DNA of 64,000 nt, taken from Prasinococcaceae sp. CCMP 1430. Its lineage: Eukaryota; Plantae; Prasinodermophyta. This document shows positions 23,108 to 34,314 of this stretch, one piece after another. The position numbers and the translations under genes were made by a program. The stretch lies in NCBI GenBank assembly GCA_013416795.1, contig RQSC01000116.1:9616-73615 (forward strand), given 5' to 3'. The notes beneath the pieces are model-generated. The model saw nothing but the letters and a program-made list of their open reading frames with translations, ran no database searches and had not been told where the DNA came from. Numbering within the stretch: position 1 is the stretch's first letter; every line of letters begins with the position of its first letter.

Positions 23108-23980
23108 TCAAGCGCATTCCTTTGCGAAGCGCGCACGCAGCGCCTCCGTCTCCGCCTTGAGCTTGGCAACCATGTCCATGCCCTCGGCTCGCTTGGCCTT
23201 GAGCTCCTTCTGCGCATGCTCGCACCGTTTCTGTGTCTCATCCTCGAGCTCGAGGCGCGCGCGTGCGAGGCGTGCAGCAGATTCTTCGATGGTGCTATCC
23301 ACCGCCTGGTGCAGCGCGACCTTCTCCAGGTATGCATGCACCACAGGGTCGCCGACTGCGGCCGCCACCTCGGCGGCGGTGGTGTTGCCCTCGCCGCCGC
23401 GGAGGGACACGCGCGCCTTGCCGACTTCAACCAACAGCTTGACGCATTCCATCGCGTTTTGCGTGGCGCCAGCTGCGCGCCGCAGCGCCTCGCCGTCCGC
23501 CGCGTCGGCAGTGGCATCCGCTGCGAGCAGCATGCGCACGGCCTCGGTGTTGCCCAGGCCTGCCGCGGCTGCTAGTGGCGCTGCACGGGCCTTGCCCACG
23601 ACCGCGTCAGGATGCACTCGGTTGTCCAGGAGCACAGCCATCACGTCAAAGTGCGAGAACCTGACAGCCCAGTAGAGCGCCTCGGCCGCGGCGTGCCGGT
23701 CCTCGTCCACTGCCCCGGCTGCACACAGCGCCTGGGCGATGCCCGCGTAGTCGCCCTTGGCCGCCGCCACGAGGGGAGTGTCACCCGCGTCATGGCTGCC
23801 CGCATTCCCTCCGGCGGCTGCCGCGCGGTGCACAGCAGGGGCGCCCATCGCCAGGAGTGATTCCACCAGAGCGGCATCGCCCGCGCTGGCGGCCTCGACA
23901 AGCTCCTCGCCGAGCCGCTGCGCCGTCTTCGCTGGCGTTGAGGCCCCGTCGCCCACTGCTGGCGGCGCGTCCTCGGCCAT
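23108..23980 (-). CDS. Ankyrin-repeat protein with C-terminal coiled coil
   Basis: GDTPLVAAAKG, ALYWAV, PLAAAAGLGNTEAVRMLL. Confidence 0.8.
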   Translation of the reverse strand: MAEDAPPAVGDGASTPAKTAQRLGEELVEAASAGDAALVESLLAMGAPAVHRAAAAGGNAGSHDAGDTPLVAAAKGDYAGIAQALCAAGAVDEDRHAAAEALYWAVRFSHFDVMAVLLDNRVHPDAVVGKARAAPLAAAAGLGNTEAVRMLLAADATADAADGEALRRAAGATQNAMECVKLLVEVGKARVSLRGGEGNTTAAEVAAAVGDPVVHAYLEKVALHQAVDSTIEESAARLARARLELEDETQKRCEHAQKELKAKRAEGMDMVAKLKAETEALRARFAKECA

Positions 23981-25094
23981 CGCCACTCAAATAGATGTGA
24001 TCATTCGAAGGTCTAGAAGAGCAGGCCTGCACCGATGGGGCACACGCGCGGGCGAGGACAACAGTCGCGTCAGCACGCAGTAAGCGAGCGGCACACACAA
24101 GCACGCACGCACACCGCGAGGCACAATACTGGGCTGTTGGAAGCCTCTGTGCTGTCCGCGCGAGGCGGCGCCGTCCGCCCCCCGTGGTACGGGGCGGCGG
24201 CGGCCGCTCCGCGCATGATCTCTCTGCGCGGGGTATCAGCGTGGCAGCCATCCCATACTCGCCGCCTAAAGCTCGTAGGGTGCCGGGACCGGCTGGCTGC
24301 GACGTAGTTAACCCGCGGGGCGCGCAAAGGCGCGTCCACCCACCCACCCAGCCGGTCGCGCAGGGGCGCGCACGCGCTACCCCAACGCACGCCTCTGGGT
24401 CAGGCGCGGCGGCGCGGGGCCCCTCCCTCCGTCCACGCGCGACCTCCAACCGCGCCAAGACCTCACCTCGCATCCCAGACCTGACCCGGTTATCTGCTCT
24501 ACCCTCCTCCCTCCTCACTCGTCCCCCCACCTCCCACCCGAGCACGCAAGCGCACGCACACCAGCGCACGCAGTGCGCGCGCTGTGTGGCTCCAAGCAAG
24601 CGGCCGCCATCATCAAGCCTCGGACATCCAAAAAAAATCAAAATCAGAGCTCAACCCGCTACTAGTAAAAAGCTCTTTAGTCTAAATGCGTCGGGTCCCG
24701 ATGCGTTACGCAACCGGAACCGCCCATGAGTTCGCATGCGGGGGGTCGCCGGTTCCCCCAATCACCCGCGTGTGCGGCAGCGCGGGGCGCGCGGCCGGGG
24801 GCGGGATGCGGCAGGCTGGCGGGGGGTACGTGTGCAATCATGCAAAGGGAAGATGGAAGCGCGGGGGGGCGGGGGGGGGGAGCATGTGGGGGGCGTGAGC
24901 TTGCACGAGCGTCCGGCAGGGGGGCGGAGGGGGGGGCAGGTGAGGCGGGGGAGATGGCCGGGGAGAGGGAGGGCAGGGGGGTCAGAGGCTGCGCGCCCCA
25001 CGGCCACCGCCGCGGAGGGCGGCGCGGGGCGCCCTCGTTCGAACCGCTCGGTCTCTCTCCCGCCCCGTCCACAGCCTCTCCCGCACGCGCAGCC

Positions 25095-26235
25095 ATGTTC
25101 GGCCAGCAGAAGCCCTCGAGCGACCCGCGCATTGTCGGGAAGGAGATGCGCGAGGCCTACCAGAACCTCTGGCAGGTCTCACTGCTCAGTGCGTGCACGG
25201 AGAAGCCTGGTTTCTGCTGCTTCGCGATGTTGTGTGCCCCATGCGCAAGCTACTCGGTACGAAAGCAGCTTCTTTATCATGACATGCGCCGCTACATCTG
25301 CTGTGGTGGCGCGTGCCCATGCTCTGGCAGGCTAGGCGAGGAGTCCTGCCCCGAGATCTGCCTCGGCCTCGAGACGCTCTGCTGCTTCGCGCAGAGCGTA
25401 GCCACGAGCCGCTTCATGATCCAGGATGAGATGCTCGTGCAGACGACCAAGGTGCGTGAACGCGTGCTGCAAGTTTGGATGCCTGAAACCATGGCACGCG
25501 TGGCCCTTTCTCGCTCCCTCTTGTCGCTCGCCTGTCGCTGGGTGCTGACCCTCGCTCGCGCTGCTAGTGTGACAACTGCATTATTGGGACGATGGTAGCT
25601 CTCCAGTATTTGGCCTGCATCTTCCAGATCGCGGCGTGCCTGTTGCAGAACGAGGACCTGCAGTCGTTTGCCGACCTCCTCAACGTTATTGCGGACGCGA
25701 CGTACTGCTCGGTGTGCGCGTGCATGCAGACGCAGCACAAGGCGCAGCTCGACGTGCGTGACGGCTTAGTGCCTCCGAAGGATGGCATTCTCATGGCCCC
25801 GCCCCCGGTGATGGCGGTACGTGCGCGCTCGCTGCGTGCGCGCGAGGGGCTATTGCAACCTTTTGCATGCCTGACATTCTCACACGCGTGGCTCCTCTCT
25901 CTCTGTGCTCGTGCGCGCCCACCCCCTCGCGCGCACATCGACCCATCCGCTCGCAGATGATCCGCCCGGGCGCGCCGCCCCCCCCCACTGCGGTGTACGT
26001 CGGTGGCGTGCCCACGCACCCCACTCCCGTGGCCGGAGCTCCGATGCAACAGCAGATGTACACAGCCAATCCCGCACCGCAAGGCGCTTACCCGCCGCAG
26101 GGCGCTTACCCGCCGCAGGGTGGCTACCCGCCGCAGGGCGCTTACCCGCCGCAGGGCGCTTACCCGCCGCAGGGCGGTTTCCCGCCGGCGCCGCAGCCGC
26201 AGGGCTATGTTGTGGCGCAGCCGATGTACCGGTAA
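25095..26235 (+). CDS. PLAC8 family Cys-rich protein; introns 25452-25567 and 25817-25956
   Basis: CCFAMLCAPC, YICCGGACPCSG, ACMQTQHK; Pro-rich tail. Confidence 0.85.
26075..26185 (+). repeat. 18-nt coding tandem repeat (YPPQGA)n
   Basis: About 6 copies of ccgccgcagggcgcttac. Confidence 0.85.
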
Positions 26236-26298
26236 GAAGTAAGACCGTCGCATCCAAAATTTGAGTTACACCGCGACGAGCGCCGCAGCGGCCGCGCC

Positions 26299-29200
26299 TC
26301 ACACCGCGCGAGCGTCGGCGCCTTCTCCATCGGCGAGCGCCAAGCGCCGCGCGCCTTCCTCTAGAGCCAGGCGAAGCTGCGGGCGGTGCCGCAGCTCAAC
26401 CAGCGCAGTATCCTCAGCGGACGCAGCGCGGGAGGACGACTGCGAGGACGATTCGGACTCTGAGCCCTCCATCCTCACGGCTGCGTCCAGCACGGCGCGC
26501 ACGCTCTCCAGCAGTTGGCCTTGGGCGGCCAGCGCGTCCACGTTGGCAACCATCGCGCAGACCGCTCCAAGCCGAGTCTTGCAGTTGCGCGATGATCGCA
26601 GCATGGATAACAGCACCGGCACCGCGTACGCCGCCCACTCGAGCACCCTCGGCTCGGCCGACGCACACCAGCGGAGTGCCGACTCGATGCCGCCACACGC
26701 TGCGGCCTGTAGCTTAGGGCTCGATGACTGCGCGCATTCGACGAGCCACACCAGGCCGTCGTCCAACCACGCGGCCCCTGGAGAGGCCAAACCAATCAAG
26801 TTGCCAATGCAGGTTGCGGCGTGCATGCGCGACCGATCGCGCTCGCGGCTGGCCGCCAGCACACCAGCGGCCATATGGTCCACCGACACCCCAACGAGCG
26901 ACGGGCCAGGCGCACCCTCCACACGCAGCGCCTGCGCAGCGTCCACACACCCCACGCCAGCGCCCCGCGGGCCCTGCACACGGCCGCAGAGCCCCTGCAT
27001 TCGTACGCTGACCTGCGCCAGTGCCCATGTGATGGCGGAGTAGCTCGCTGCATTCGAGCTTCCGATGGCACCCAGAAGAGATGACACGATCAACGGCAGG
27101 CCCTGAGAACACTCGCAAGGCGGGAGCGAGCACGAGATCACTCCAGCAGAGCGTGCGGAGGCCGCGATGACCTCATTCGAGATGTCCCCGAGCCCGTTCG
27201 CAATAGTGCGCACGCAGCCAAGAGCGAAGCCCGCTGGCAGGACGGACAATGCGCCGGTCGTCAGCGCCGACAACACTTGCAACGCTGCTGCCCGAACCAC
27301 GGAGGAATCTGTCGCCAGCGGCTCTGGCAGGGTCTCCTCTACCACCTCGCGCCATCGCGCGCGCAGGCTTAGAGCGTCAACTGCGTCGCCATCTGCGCCC
27401 ACTGATGCAGGCGACCCAGCGAGTGACAGCAGCATGTCGCCGAGCACGCGCAGCAGGAGAGCGTAGCACTTGTGGTCGCCCGCCGCCACCAACGCCGCTT
27501 GCGCGCTCCGGATGTCCCCCCAGCGCGCGTACAGAAGGCGCGGGTGGTGCACTGCCACCGCGCGCAGCGCGGTGAGCGCCTCCGGTCTCTGTCCCCCCGA
27601 CAGACTCGCGTTGCACGCAATGGCGAACAGGCTCGAGAGAAGGGAGTCGGAGCTCGCCGCGCCACCTTGCGAGCCGCCGGCGAGCATCAATTCGACGCTG
27701 GCAGCGCTCGACTTGGGAGCCTTCGAGCCCGCCAGGACAGTGGCGCACGCCAGCGCGGCTGTCCGCATGTCGTCGACGGCCTGGCGTGGTTTCATGGATG
27801 CCAGCGCGTTGAGCCGAGCCGACAGAGCCTGCAGATCTGCGGGGAGCATATCGGGAGACAGCCGCGTGTAGTCCGTGTTGATGGCTGCAATGGCAAACGC
27901 TTTGAGCCCCGCAGTCGCTACGCCGTCGTCCGCCTCAGTCCGCACGACCTCGCGCAGGACGTCGTGGCACGCTGTGACGGCGTCGCCGATCGTCTCCGAG
28001 AGCGGAGTGAAAGCTCCGGGGTGACGCCGCGGCCGCCACGTCGCCGCGGCCATGTACGACTTGGAGGGCCCGTCCAGCATCGCGCCCAGCGCGGAGGCCA
28101 TGCTCCTCCTCACTCTGGCGTTTTCGTCGGTGCGCAGCGCGCCCAGGAGGCCCTTCGATCGAGCACTGCGAGTGCCTTTGCTCGAGCCAACGTGAAGCAC
28201 CGCGCCCCAGTAGGGGTGCAGCGCGCGGGCGTCTGCTCGGGCGATCGCCTGCATCAGCTGCGCCGCGGCGACCCTGACCTTCGACTCAGGGGAGTGTCGC
28301 TGCGACCTGCCGCCACCCTCGCTGTCGCTGCAGCCCGCGTCGGAATCAGACGTGCCTGCGTCGTGCCGGCTCGGAGTGCCGTTGCGGGCGGGTGAGGGCG
28401 GACACTGCTGGCGCCGCCTGAGGTGTGGCGGGACGTATCTTGCGCCTTCCCCCCCTGCGCCCCCCGATCGCTCGCCGATTGCAGCCTGCCCCCCCGGGCC
28501 GCCCGCGGTCTTGGCGTTGGCTCCTGGGGTCGCGGCGCTTGCCGGGGTGCGGGCGGCCTGCTCGCGCCCGAATGCGAAGAGCGGGACAGCCGCGGCAGCG
28601 AGCTTTTGCGCGTGGTCTGACACGCAGCCCGGCGGCGCTTCCTGCACCAGCATCTGCACCGCGCGCATGGCGGCCACCAGCAGCGAGGTGGCATCGGCAG
28701 CGGCGAGGCGCAGCGGCGGCGGCGGCGCCTCACCACTCTCGTGAGCCCCCGACGCACCACCTAGCCGGGACTTCGTCGTGCTCGAGGGGCCATTGCCCGC
28801 CGACACCAGCCGCGCGGCCTCTCCAAGCGCCTTCACAGCCCACGCTGTCGCCGCGGCTAAATCATCGGCGCCGAGCTTCCCGCTCGCCCGCGGCACGAGG
28901 CTGCCGACGGCCTGCGCGCGGTGCTTTCGGTCCGCAGCCTCCTCAGCGAGGCTCTCGGCATCCTGCGCACCCCGCTCGGACGCGTCTGCGGGCTCGGTGG
29001 TGAGCGCCGCAAGCAGCGGCGCGGCCTCGTGCTGCGGCATCGCCGCGCCGTGCTCGGTGAGCATCGCCGCAAGCGCGCCGAGGACCGCGGCGCGCTGCGC
29101 CGCGCTGCCTTTGCTCAGGTCGAGGGTCACCAGCGTCGACCGCACGAAGGGCCACGCCGCATCGCAGGCGGCCGTCGCGGCGGCCTCTCGCGAGCGCGAG

Positions 29201-29454
29201 CGCGCGACCTTGCTGATGATGCGACACAGCGCGACGGCGCAGCGCAGGCCGGGCGCCATGAGCTCGTTGCTGCCGTCGCCGCCCACGGCGCCGATCGCCT
29301 CGCGCAGCGCGCAGCGCAGCTCCTCCACGCCGCGCACATCGCCCGGGCGCACCTGCGCATGCGCGGCGGCGGCGGCCTCGAGCTCGCGCCCCATGCTCGC
29401 GGCGTCGCCCGCGCCCGCCGCCGCGCGCAGCCGCGATGCAAGGATCTCCGCCAT
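26299..29454 (-). CDS. HEAT repeat protein, HEATR6/DUF4042-like
   Basis: YVPPHLR, SDSE..SKVRVAA..QAIARAD.RALHPYW, AFTPLS, YTRLSPDML. Confidence 0.75.
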   Translation of the reverse strand: MAEILASRLRAAAGAGDAASMGRELEAAAAAHAQVRPGDVRGVEELRCALREAIGAVGGDGSNELMAPGLRCAVALCRIISKVARSRSREAAATAACDAAWPFVRSTLVTLDLSKGSAAQRAAVLGALAAMLTEHGAAMPQHEAAPLLAALTTEPADASERGAQDAESLAEEAADRKHRAQAVGSLVPRASGKLGADDLAAATAWAVKALGEAARLVSAGNGPSSTTKSRLGGASGAHESGEAPPPPLRLAAADATSLLVAAMRAVQMLVQEAPPGCVSDHAQKLAAAAVPLFAFGREQAARTPASAATPGANAKTAGGPGGQAAIGERSGGAGGEGARYVPPHLRRRQQCPPSPARNGTPSRHDAGTSDSDAGCSDSEGGGRSQRHSPESKVRVAAAQLMQAIARADARALHPYWGAVLHVGSSKGTRSARSKGLLGALRTDENARVRRSMASALGAMLDGPSKSYMAAATWRPRRHPGAFTPLSETIGDAVTACHDVLREVVRTEADDGVATAGLKAFAIAAINTDYTRLSPDMLPADLQALSARLNALASMKPRQAVDDMRTAALACATVLAGSKAPKSSAASVELMLAGGSQGGAASSDSLLSSLFAIACNASLSGGQRPEALTALRAVAVHHPRLLYARWGDIRSAQAALVAAGDHKCYALLLRVLGDMLLSLAGSPASVGADGDAVDALSLRARWREVVEETLPEPLATDSSVVRAAALQVLSALTTGALSVLPAGFALGCVRTIANGLGDISNEVIAASARSAGVISCSLPPCECSQGLPLIVSSLLGAIGSSNAASYSAITWALAQVSVRMQGLCGRVQGPRGAGVGCVDAAQALRVEGAPGPSLVGVSVDHMAAGVLAASRERDRSRMHAATCIGNLIGLASPGAAWLDDGLVWLVECAQSSSPKLQAAACGGIESALRWCASAEPRVLEWAAYAVPVLLSMLRSSRNCKTRLGAVCAMVANVDALAAQGQLLESVRAVLDAAVRMEGSESESSSQSSSRAASAEDTALVELRHRPQLRLALEEGARRLALADGEGADARAV

Positions 29455-29990
29455 CGCTCCTGTCGCCGCCGTCACCCCCTATTACCCCCCCACACACGCG
29501 CGCGGCGCGGGGCACTCGCGTCGCGCCCCGCGCGCCCGGTGTGGCGTGCTTCGCACGCAGTTCGAAACCACTCCAATGGTCCGTGCACCACCCGTTAGGG
29601 TTCATTTTTAGGGTAGTGATGTTAGGGTTCTTATTTCGTGGAGGGCATGGCAACCTGTGACCTCTGAGGTGACCAGAGGCTTCGCTTCGAACCTACACTG
29701 CTATCGCGCAAAAGGGAGAAAACGCGGGACGCCGTGGGAATTCGGGCGGTGCCTTCTGGGGTTTCTGATGGTCGTACGAGTGCATTGTAAGATTGCGGGA
29801 AGGGCTTTCGGGGCGGTTTCCGGCGACGACGGTACGCGCAGGAAGCAGCGCCTGGTCTTATCCGTGACCGGGGTGCGCGGGGGCGGCAGGCGGCGGCGCC
29901 ACACTGCCGCGAGAGAGGACGAGGGTCCAGAAAGTATAGGAATATGGCACTGCGCTGAGGACACTGCGCGGAGGCCGGCCGGCCGGCCGG

Positions 29991-31364
29991 GTGGTGCGCG
30001 CTGCTGCTGCGGGCGCCGCGGAGGGCGGCAGCAGTGGCAGCGCGCAGCTCGTGGTGCCACCCGGCGGAGCGTCCGCCGGTGATGTGCTGCTCTCGGTTCC
30101 GCAGGACGAGTGCGTGACGCTCGCCGACGCCATGGAGCACCCGAAGCTCGCGGGCGCGGCCGAGGAGGCGTTCGCGGGCAGCGAGATTGTCGGGATGACG
30201 GCATGGGTGCTGGCGACGCGCGCGGGGGGCGAGGGCGAGGGCGGCCCCGCTGCCGCGCTCGCCGATGCCGTGCGCGGCCGAGGCCAGCACAACCCCCTGC
30301 TGTGGCCCGAGGAGGAGGCCCAGCGGTTGCTTCGCGGCACGAGCGTGCTGCCGCAGCTGCCCGCGCGCCGCGCGGAGGTCGCGCTGGCGTATGAGCGCAT
30401 TGCGACGCACGAGTCCATCGACGCGCGAGCGCTGGGCCTGACGTACGACGCTTTCGCCGCCGCATTCTGTGACGTGCTCGCCTCGGCCGTGTATTTGCCC
30501 TCGGCGGAGTGCTTCGCGCTCGTGCCGACGGTCTCCACGGTGATGGCGCACGGCGACTGCGGCGGCGGCGGCGCCAACGGCGGCGGCGTGGGCAGCGACC
30601 GCAGACGGGTGGCGGAGGGCGGGGGCGGCTCCCGCGGCGTGCTGGTTGACTACGACCTCGAGTCTGAGTGCGTCGTCGTCGTGGCCGAGCGCGAGTACGC
30701 CGCGGGCGACGAGCCCCGGTTGCCGTGGGGTGAGGGCCGCAACAGCGCGGACCTCGCGCTGACCTTCGGCGAGCTCGACGCGGAGGGCAAGGCGCGCGAC
30801 GACTTCCTCACCTTCCAGTTCGGCATGGTGCAGAACGACTCGCTGTACACCGTCAAGGCCGGCGTGCTGGCGGAGCTGGGCTACGCCACGGATGGGCAGG
30901 AGTTCCCCGTGTTCGAGGACAGATTCCCCACGCAGCTGCTGAACTACCTGCGGCTGTCGCGGGTCACCGACATCGGGTTGCTAGCGAAGCTCAGCATGGA
31001 GACGGACAACATCCTGTCGCAGATCAACGAGTACGAGATCCTCCAGCTGCTCATGGGCGACGTCCGCGAACGGCTGGAGGAGTTTGAGAACACGGACACG
31101 GTGGGGGAGCAGCAGACGCTGCGCGACGCCGAGCTGAACGGCCGCGAGGAGCTGGCCACCCTGCTGCGGCTGGGCGAGAAGCGCGTGTTGCAGGGCACCA
31201 TGACGGGCGTGCGCACGCGCCTGGCGCCCATTCGCGGGGTCCCGACAAAAGGCGGCGGCATGCAGGATCCGAACGCCGACCTGGCGGAGATGTTCGAGTC
31301 CTTCGAGCAGCTGCCCAAGCGCATCGCCACGGGCAAAATTTTCGACGGGTTGTTTGAGGACTGA
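29991..31364 (+). CDS. Plastid SET-domain / Rubisco LSMT-like methyltransferase; start not resolved
   Basis: PLLWPEEE..LLRGT, FALVP, YAAGDE, LLNYLRLSRV, RLGEKRVL substrate-binding region. Confidence 0.75.
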   Translation: MVRAAAAGAAEGGSSGSAQLVVPPGGASAGDVLLSVPQDECVTLADAMEHPKLAGAAEEAFAGSEIVGMTAWVLATRAGGEGEGGPAAALADAVRGRGQHNPLLWPEEEAQRLLRGTSVLPQLPARRAEVALAYERIATHESIDARALGLTYDAFAAAFCDVLASAVYLPSAECFALVPTVSTVMAHGDCGGGGANGGGVGSDRRRVAEGGGGSRGVLVDYDLESECVVVVAEREYAAGDEPRLPWGEGRNSADLALTFGELDAEGKARDDFLTFQFGMVQNDSLYTVKAGVLAELGYATDGQEFPVFEDRFPTQLLNYLRLSRVTDIGLLAKLSMETDNILSQINEYEILQLLMGDVRERLEEFENTDTVGEQQTLRDAELNGREELATLLRLGEKRVLQGTMTGVRTRLAPIRGVPTKGGGMQDPNADLAEMFESFEQLPKRIATGKIFDGLFED

Positions 31365-32392
31365 TTTTTCGTGTTGCACCCTCTTGTAATAACCTCAAAC
31401 ATGCCGTGTGGTCCAGATCTTGCGATTTGAACCCAAACCAGTGGGGTGGTGCTGCGCACCGGGGTTTCCCTCCCAACGACCGGGACGGAATGCTGCAAGC
31501 CGCGCGTGCCCACCACGCGGCTCGTCGGAGGCTTTGAGGGTCCGCACGCCGCGACATCTCTGAGCCACAGGCGGAGCGGCTCTGACTGACGTCGGGGGGA
31601 AACCTTCGGCGGACGCGGGGCTGAGGAGCCTGCAGCGAGCACGTCCAGCCAGTAGTGGCGTCCGCGCATGGATAGTGTGTACAGTACAGCTGCACGTGCC
31701 ATCGAAAGCATCAACCAGCTGGCGGCATCTGGCGCGGGCGGGCGGGTCGTTGGAAAAAACGTTGAACGCCTTCCGACGCGAGCCATCAGATCGGCTTGAC
31801 ATGACATCACCTCACCCGCCGCGGGGCCCGAATGTCGCGCCGTCGTCCTCGCCGTCAGCCTGTCGACAGTACGCGTGCGCGACATGCCCTCTGCCATGAC
31901 AGCCCGCGCCATCACCTCACGTCGCACGACAGCAACGCGTTCCTACGTGCGCCGGCGGTCCCTCGGTCGGCGCGTCTCCGCCACTCGCAGCGCTCCCCAC
32001 TCACCCTCACCTCGCAGCACACACTCATTCGCGAGGCGCCTGAGCATGAGTCGGGCGGCGCGGCGGTCCGATTCGCAATCCCATCTCGGGCGGGGCCTCA
32101 TGGGCTCACGCCCAGGCGTCCCTGCGGGCTCGAGGCTGGGCACACCGCGGCTCCTTATCGCCTCCTAACGAATGCGCATGAACTCCCATGGAACGCTCCG
32201 ATTGGTTGGGCCGATTCGCATCGGGGTCGCACCGCTCGGCATCCCCTTCGCGTCGGTAGGCATTCCCACGTTGCGCGGGGATTCGTGACATTGTTATGAT
32301 ATGATACATATCCACGTGAGTGGCGGTGGGGCCCGCGCGGCCGCGCCCGCTCAGCAAGGCGGGCCCGCCGCACGACGGTCGTCGGCCGCGCN

Positions 32393-32828
32393 ACACCAGG
32401 ATGGCGCCGGCTGCGGTGTCTCCGCCGTTCTCCATGGCGTTCTCCGCGCTCTCCTTGGCCGTCTTGGCCGCCTCGGCAGCCGCAGCGGGGAGCTCGTACG
32501 AGGTCTCGTTGCTCTGGCGATTCCAGTAGTAGAGCTCCCCGTCGCGCTCCACCTCCACCCACGGGTGGGGCAGCTCCACGCCGTCCTTCGTCATTGACGA
32601 GAAGCCGCGCGCCGCTGAGCTGACGCCCGCAGCGCGCGCGGCGTCTTGCGCGGCCTTGCCCGCCACCATCGGGTCGTTGTACTGGCCGAGCCAATCGACG
32701 AGGTCGGCGATGAGCGAGTAGTTGAGCGCGTCGTGGTCGAGCTCGGCGAGCGTGCGCGCCACCTGCGGCGGGTAGCCCAGCTGGGCGAGCTCGCGCTCGT
32801 CCATCTCGCCCTCCAGGCCGCGCTCCAT
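32393..32828 (-). other. DExH-box helicase (DHX29/36/57-like) internal fragment with an inserted WW domain, ending at the N gap
   Basis: YPPQVARTLAELDHDALNYSLIADLV ... GAILV; LPHPWVEV..GELYYWNRQSNETSYELP WW module. Confidence 0.6.
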
Positions 32829-34164
32829 GTCGCCGCGCGCGCGCGGCGCCGGGGCGGACACGCGCGGCAGGGAGGGGGAGGGCGGCGCGAGCGTGGCCGC
32901 GGCCGGCCACCGCGCGCCGCCGCGGAGGCCGGCGCTCGAGCTGGGCATGCTCAACCACATCGCGAGGGAGACGCCGGATGTGGCGAGGTTCGCAAGGTTC
33001 TACATTGACGTGGTGCGTATTTTTGGGCCTGCGCCGACGATGTGACAGCCGCGAAGAAACGCGGGCAACGCGCGCACGCCATGCTTCCGGCGCGCGCGGG
33101 CGCCCGCGGCCTGGGCGGGGTGAGGGGGGAGGCCGTCGTGCGACGCCGCGCCCCCGTGCGCCTCAGACCCCCCCGCGACCATCGCGCACGCTCGTCGTCG
33201 ACGTGCAGGGGGCTCGCGCGCTCCCTGGCGCCACGCTCGCGCCGATTTGACGCGTTGACTGTCGCATGGTCGTCCCACATGCGAGGCGGGCGCCCGAGGG
33301 TGTTGCGCGCGCGCGTGGCAGCGCCTGTGGCGCGACGCGCTCGCTGCCCGACGCACGCGAGGCTGCCAAACTGACGCGTCCGCGCCTGCTCGCGCCTTCC
33401 CGCGTCCTGCCCCCGACCTGCTCCACCGCCACACACAGCTTGGCTTCGAGCACTATGACGGCCGCCCCGAGTTCCCATTCCGCGGCATTTGGCTGCGCAT
33501 CCCCGGAAGCACGACCGGGCAGCTCATGCATATCTTCGAGCGCGCCGAGGGCGACGCCGACGGTGGCCACCACCACCACGAGCACCACCACGAGCACGTG
33601 CACGCACGACGACGCGGCCACGGGGCCGCCTCGGACACTAATAACAGCAGCAGCGAGAGCGAGAGCAGAATCAGTGGCAGCAGCGGCAGCAGCGGCAGCA
33701 GGGGCAGCAACGGCGCCTTCCAGGGCAGCAGTTGCGGCGGGTCTGTGAGCGATGGCGGAGGGGGGCCCGGGGGGCGGGTAGCTGCAGCCGCAGCCGTCGT
33801 CGCAGGAGGGGAGGATCGACAAGAGGCAGGGCGGACCACGACCAGCAAGGACGAGGCCTTGCGGCGGGACCACCTGGCCTTCGAGGTGGCCGATGTCGAC
33901 GCCGCGCGCATTGCGCTCGAGGAGAGGGGCATCAGCTGCCGCGTGGTCGAAGTCGACGACTACGCAACACAGCTCTTCTTCGAGGATTGCGACGGCAACA
34001 TGATCGAGATCGGCAAGTACTGCCCCTCTCCGCTGCACGGCAGCGCGGAGAGCAGACGGGCTGGGGGCATTCGCGGGCTCGCGGCGCGCGTGCTCGCAGG
34101 CGCCAGCGAGCGCTGCGCGCGGGCGGCCGATGCGCTCGCCCGCCAAGCACAGGAGGTACCGTGA
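32827..34164 (+). CDS. Glyoxalase/VOC family protein with His/Ser/Gly-rich insertion; intron 33013-33438; start uncertain
   Basis: LNHIARETPDV..FYIDV|LGF, DHLAFEVADVD, QLFFEDCDGNMIEI. Confidence 0.85.
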
Positions 34165-34314
34165 CGCCCAACCTCTACAGTAGATCGACGCGCGCGGGGC
34201 CTCGAGCGGAGGCGCCGGCGCTCGAGCCGCTGCCTGCAGCGGGCAACATAAGACACCTCTCGCTTTCGAACGCAGGGTGCGGAGATTCGGCAGCCACTTC
34301 TTACACGCCGCGCG

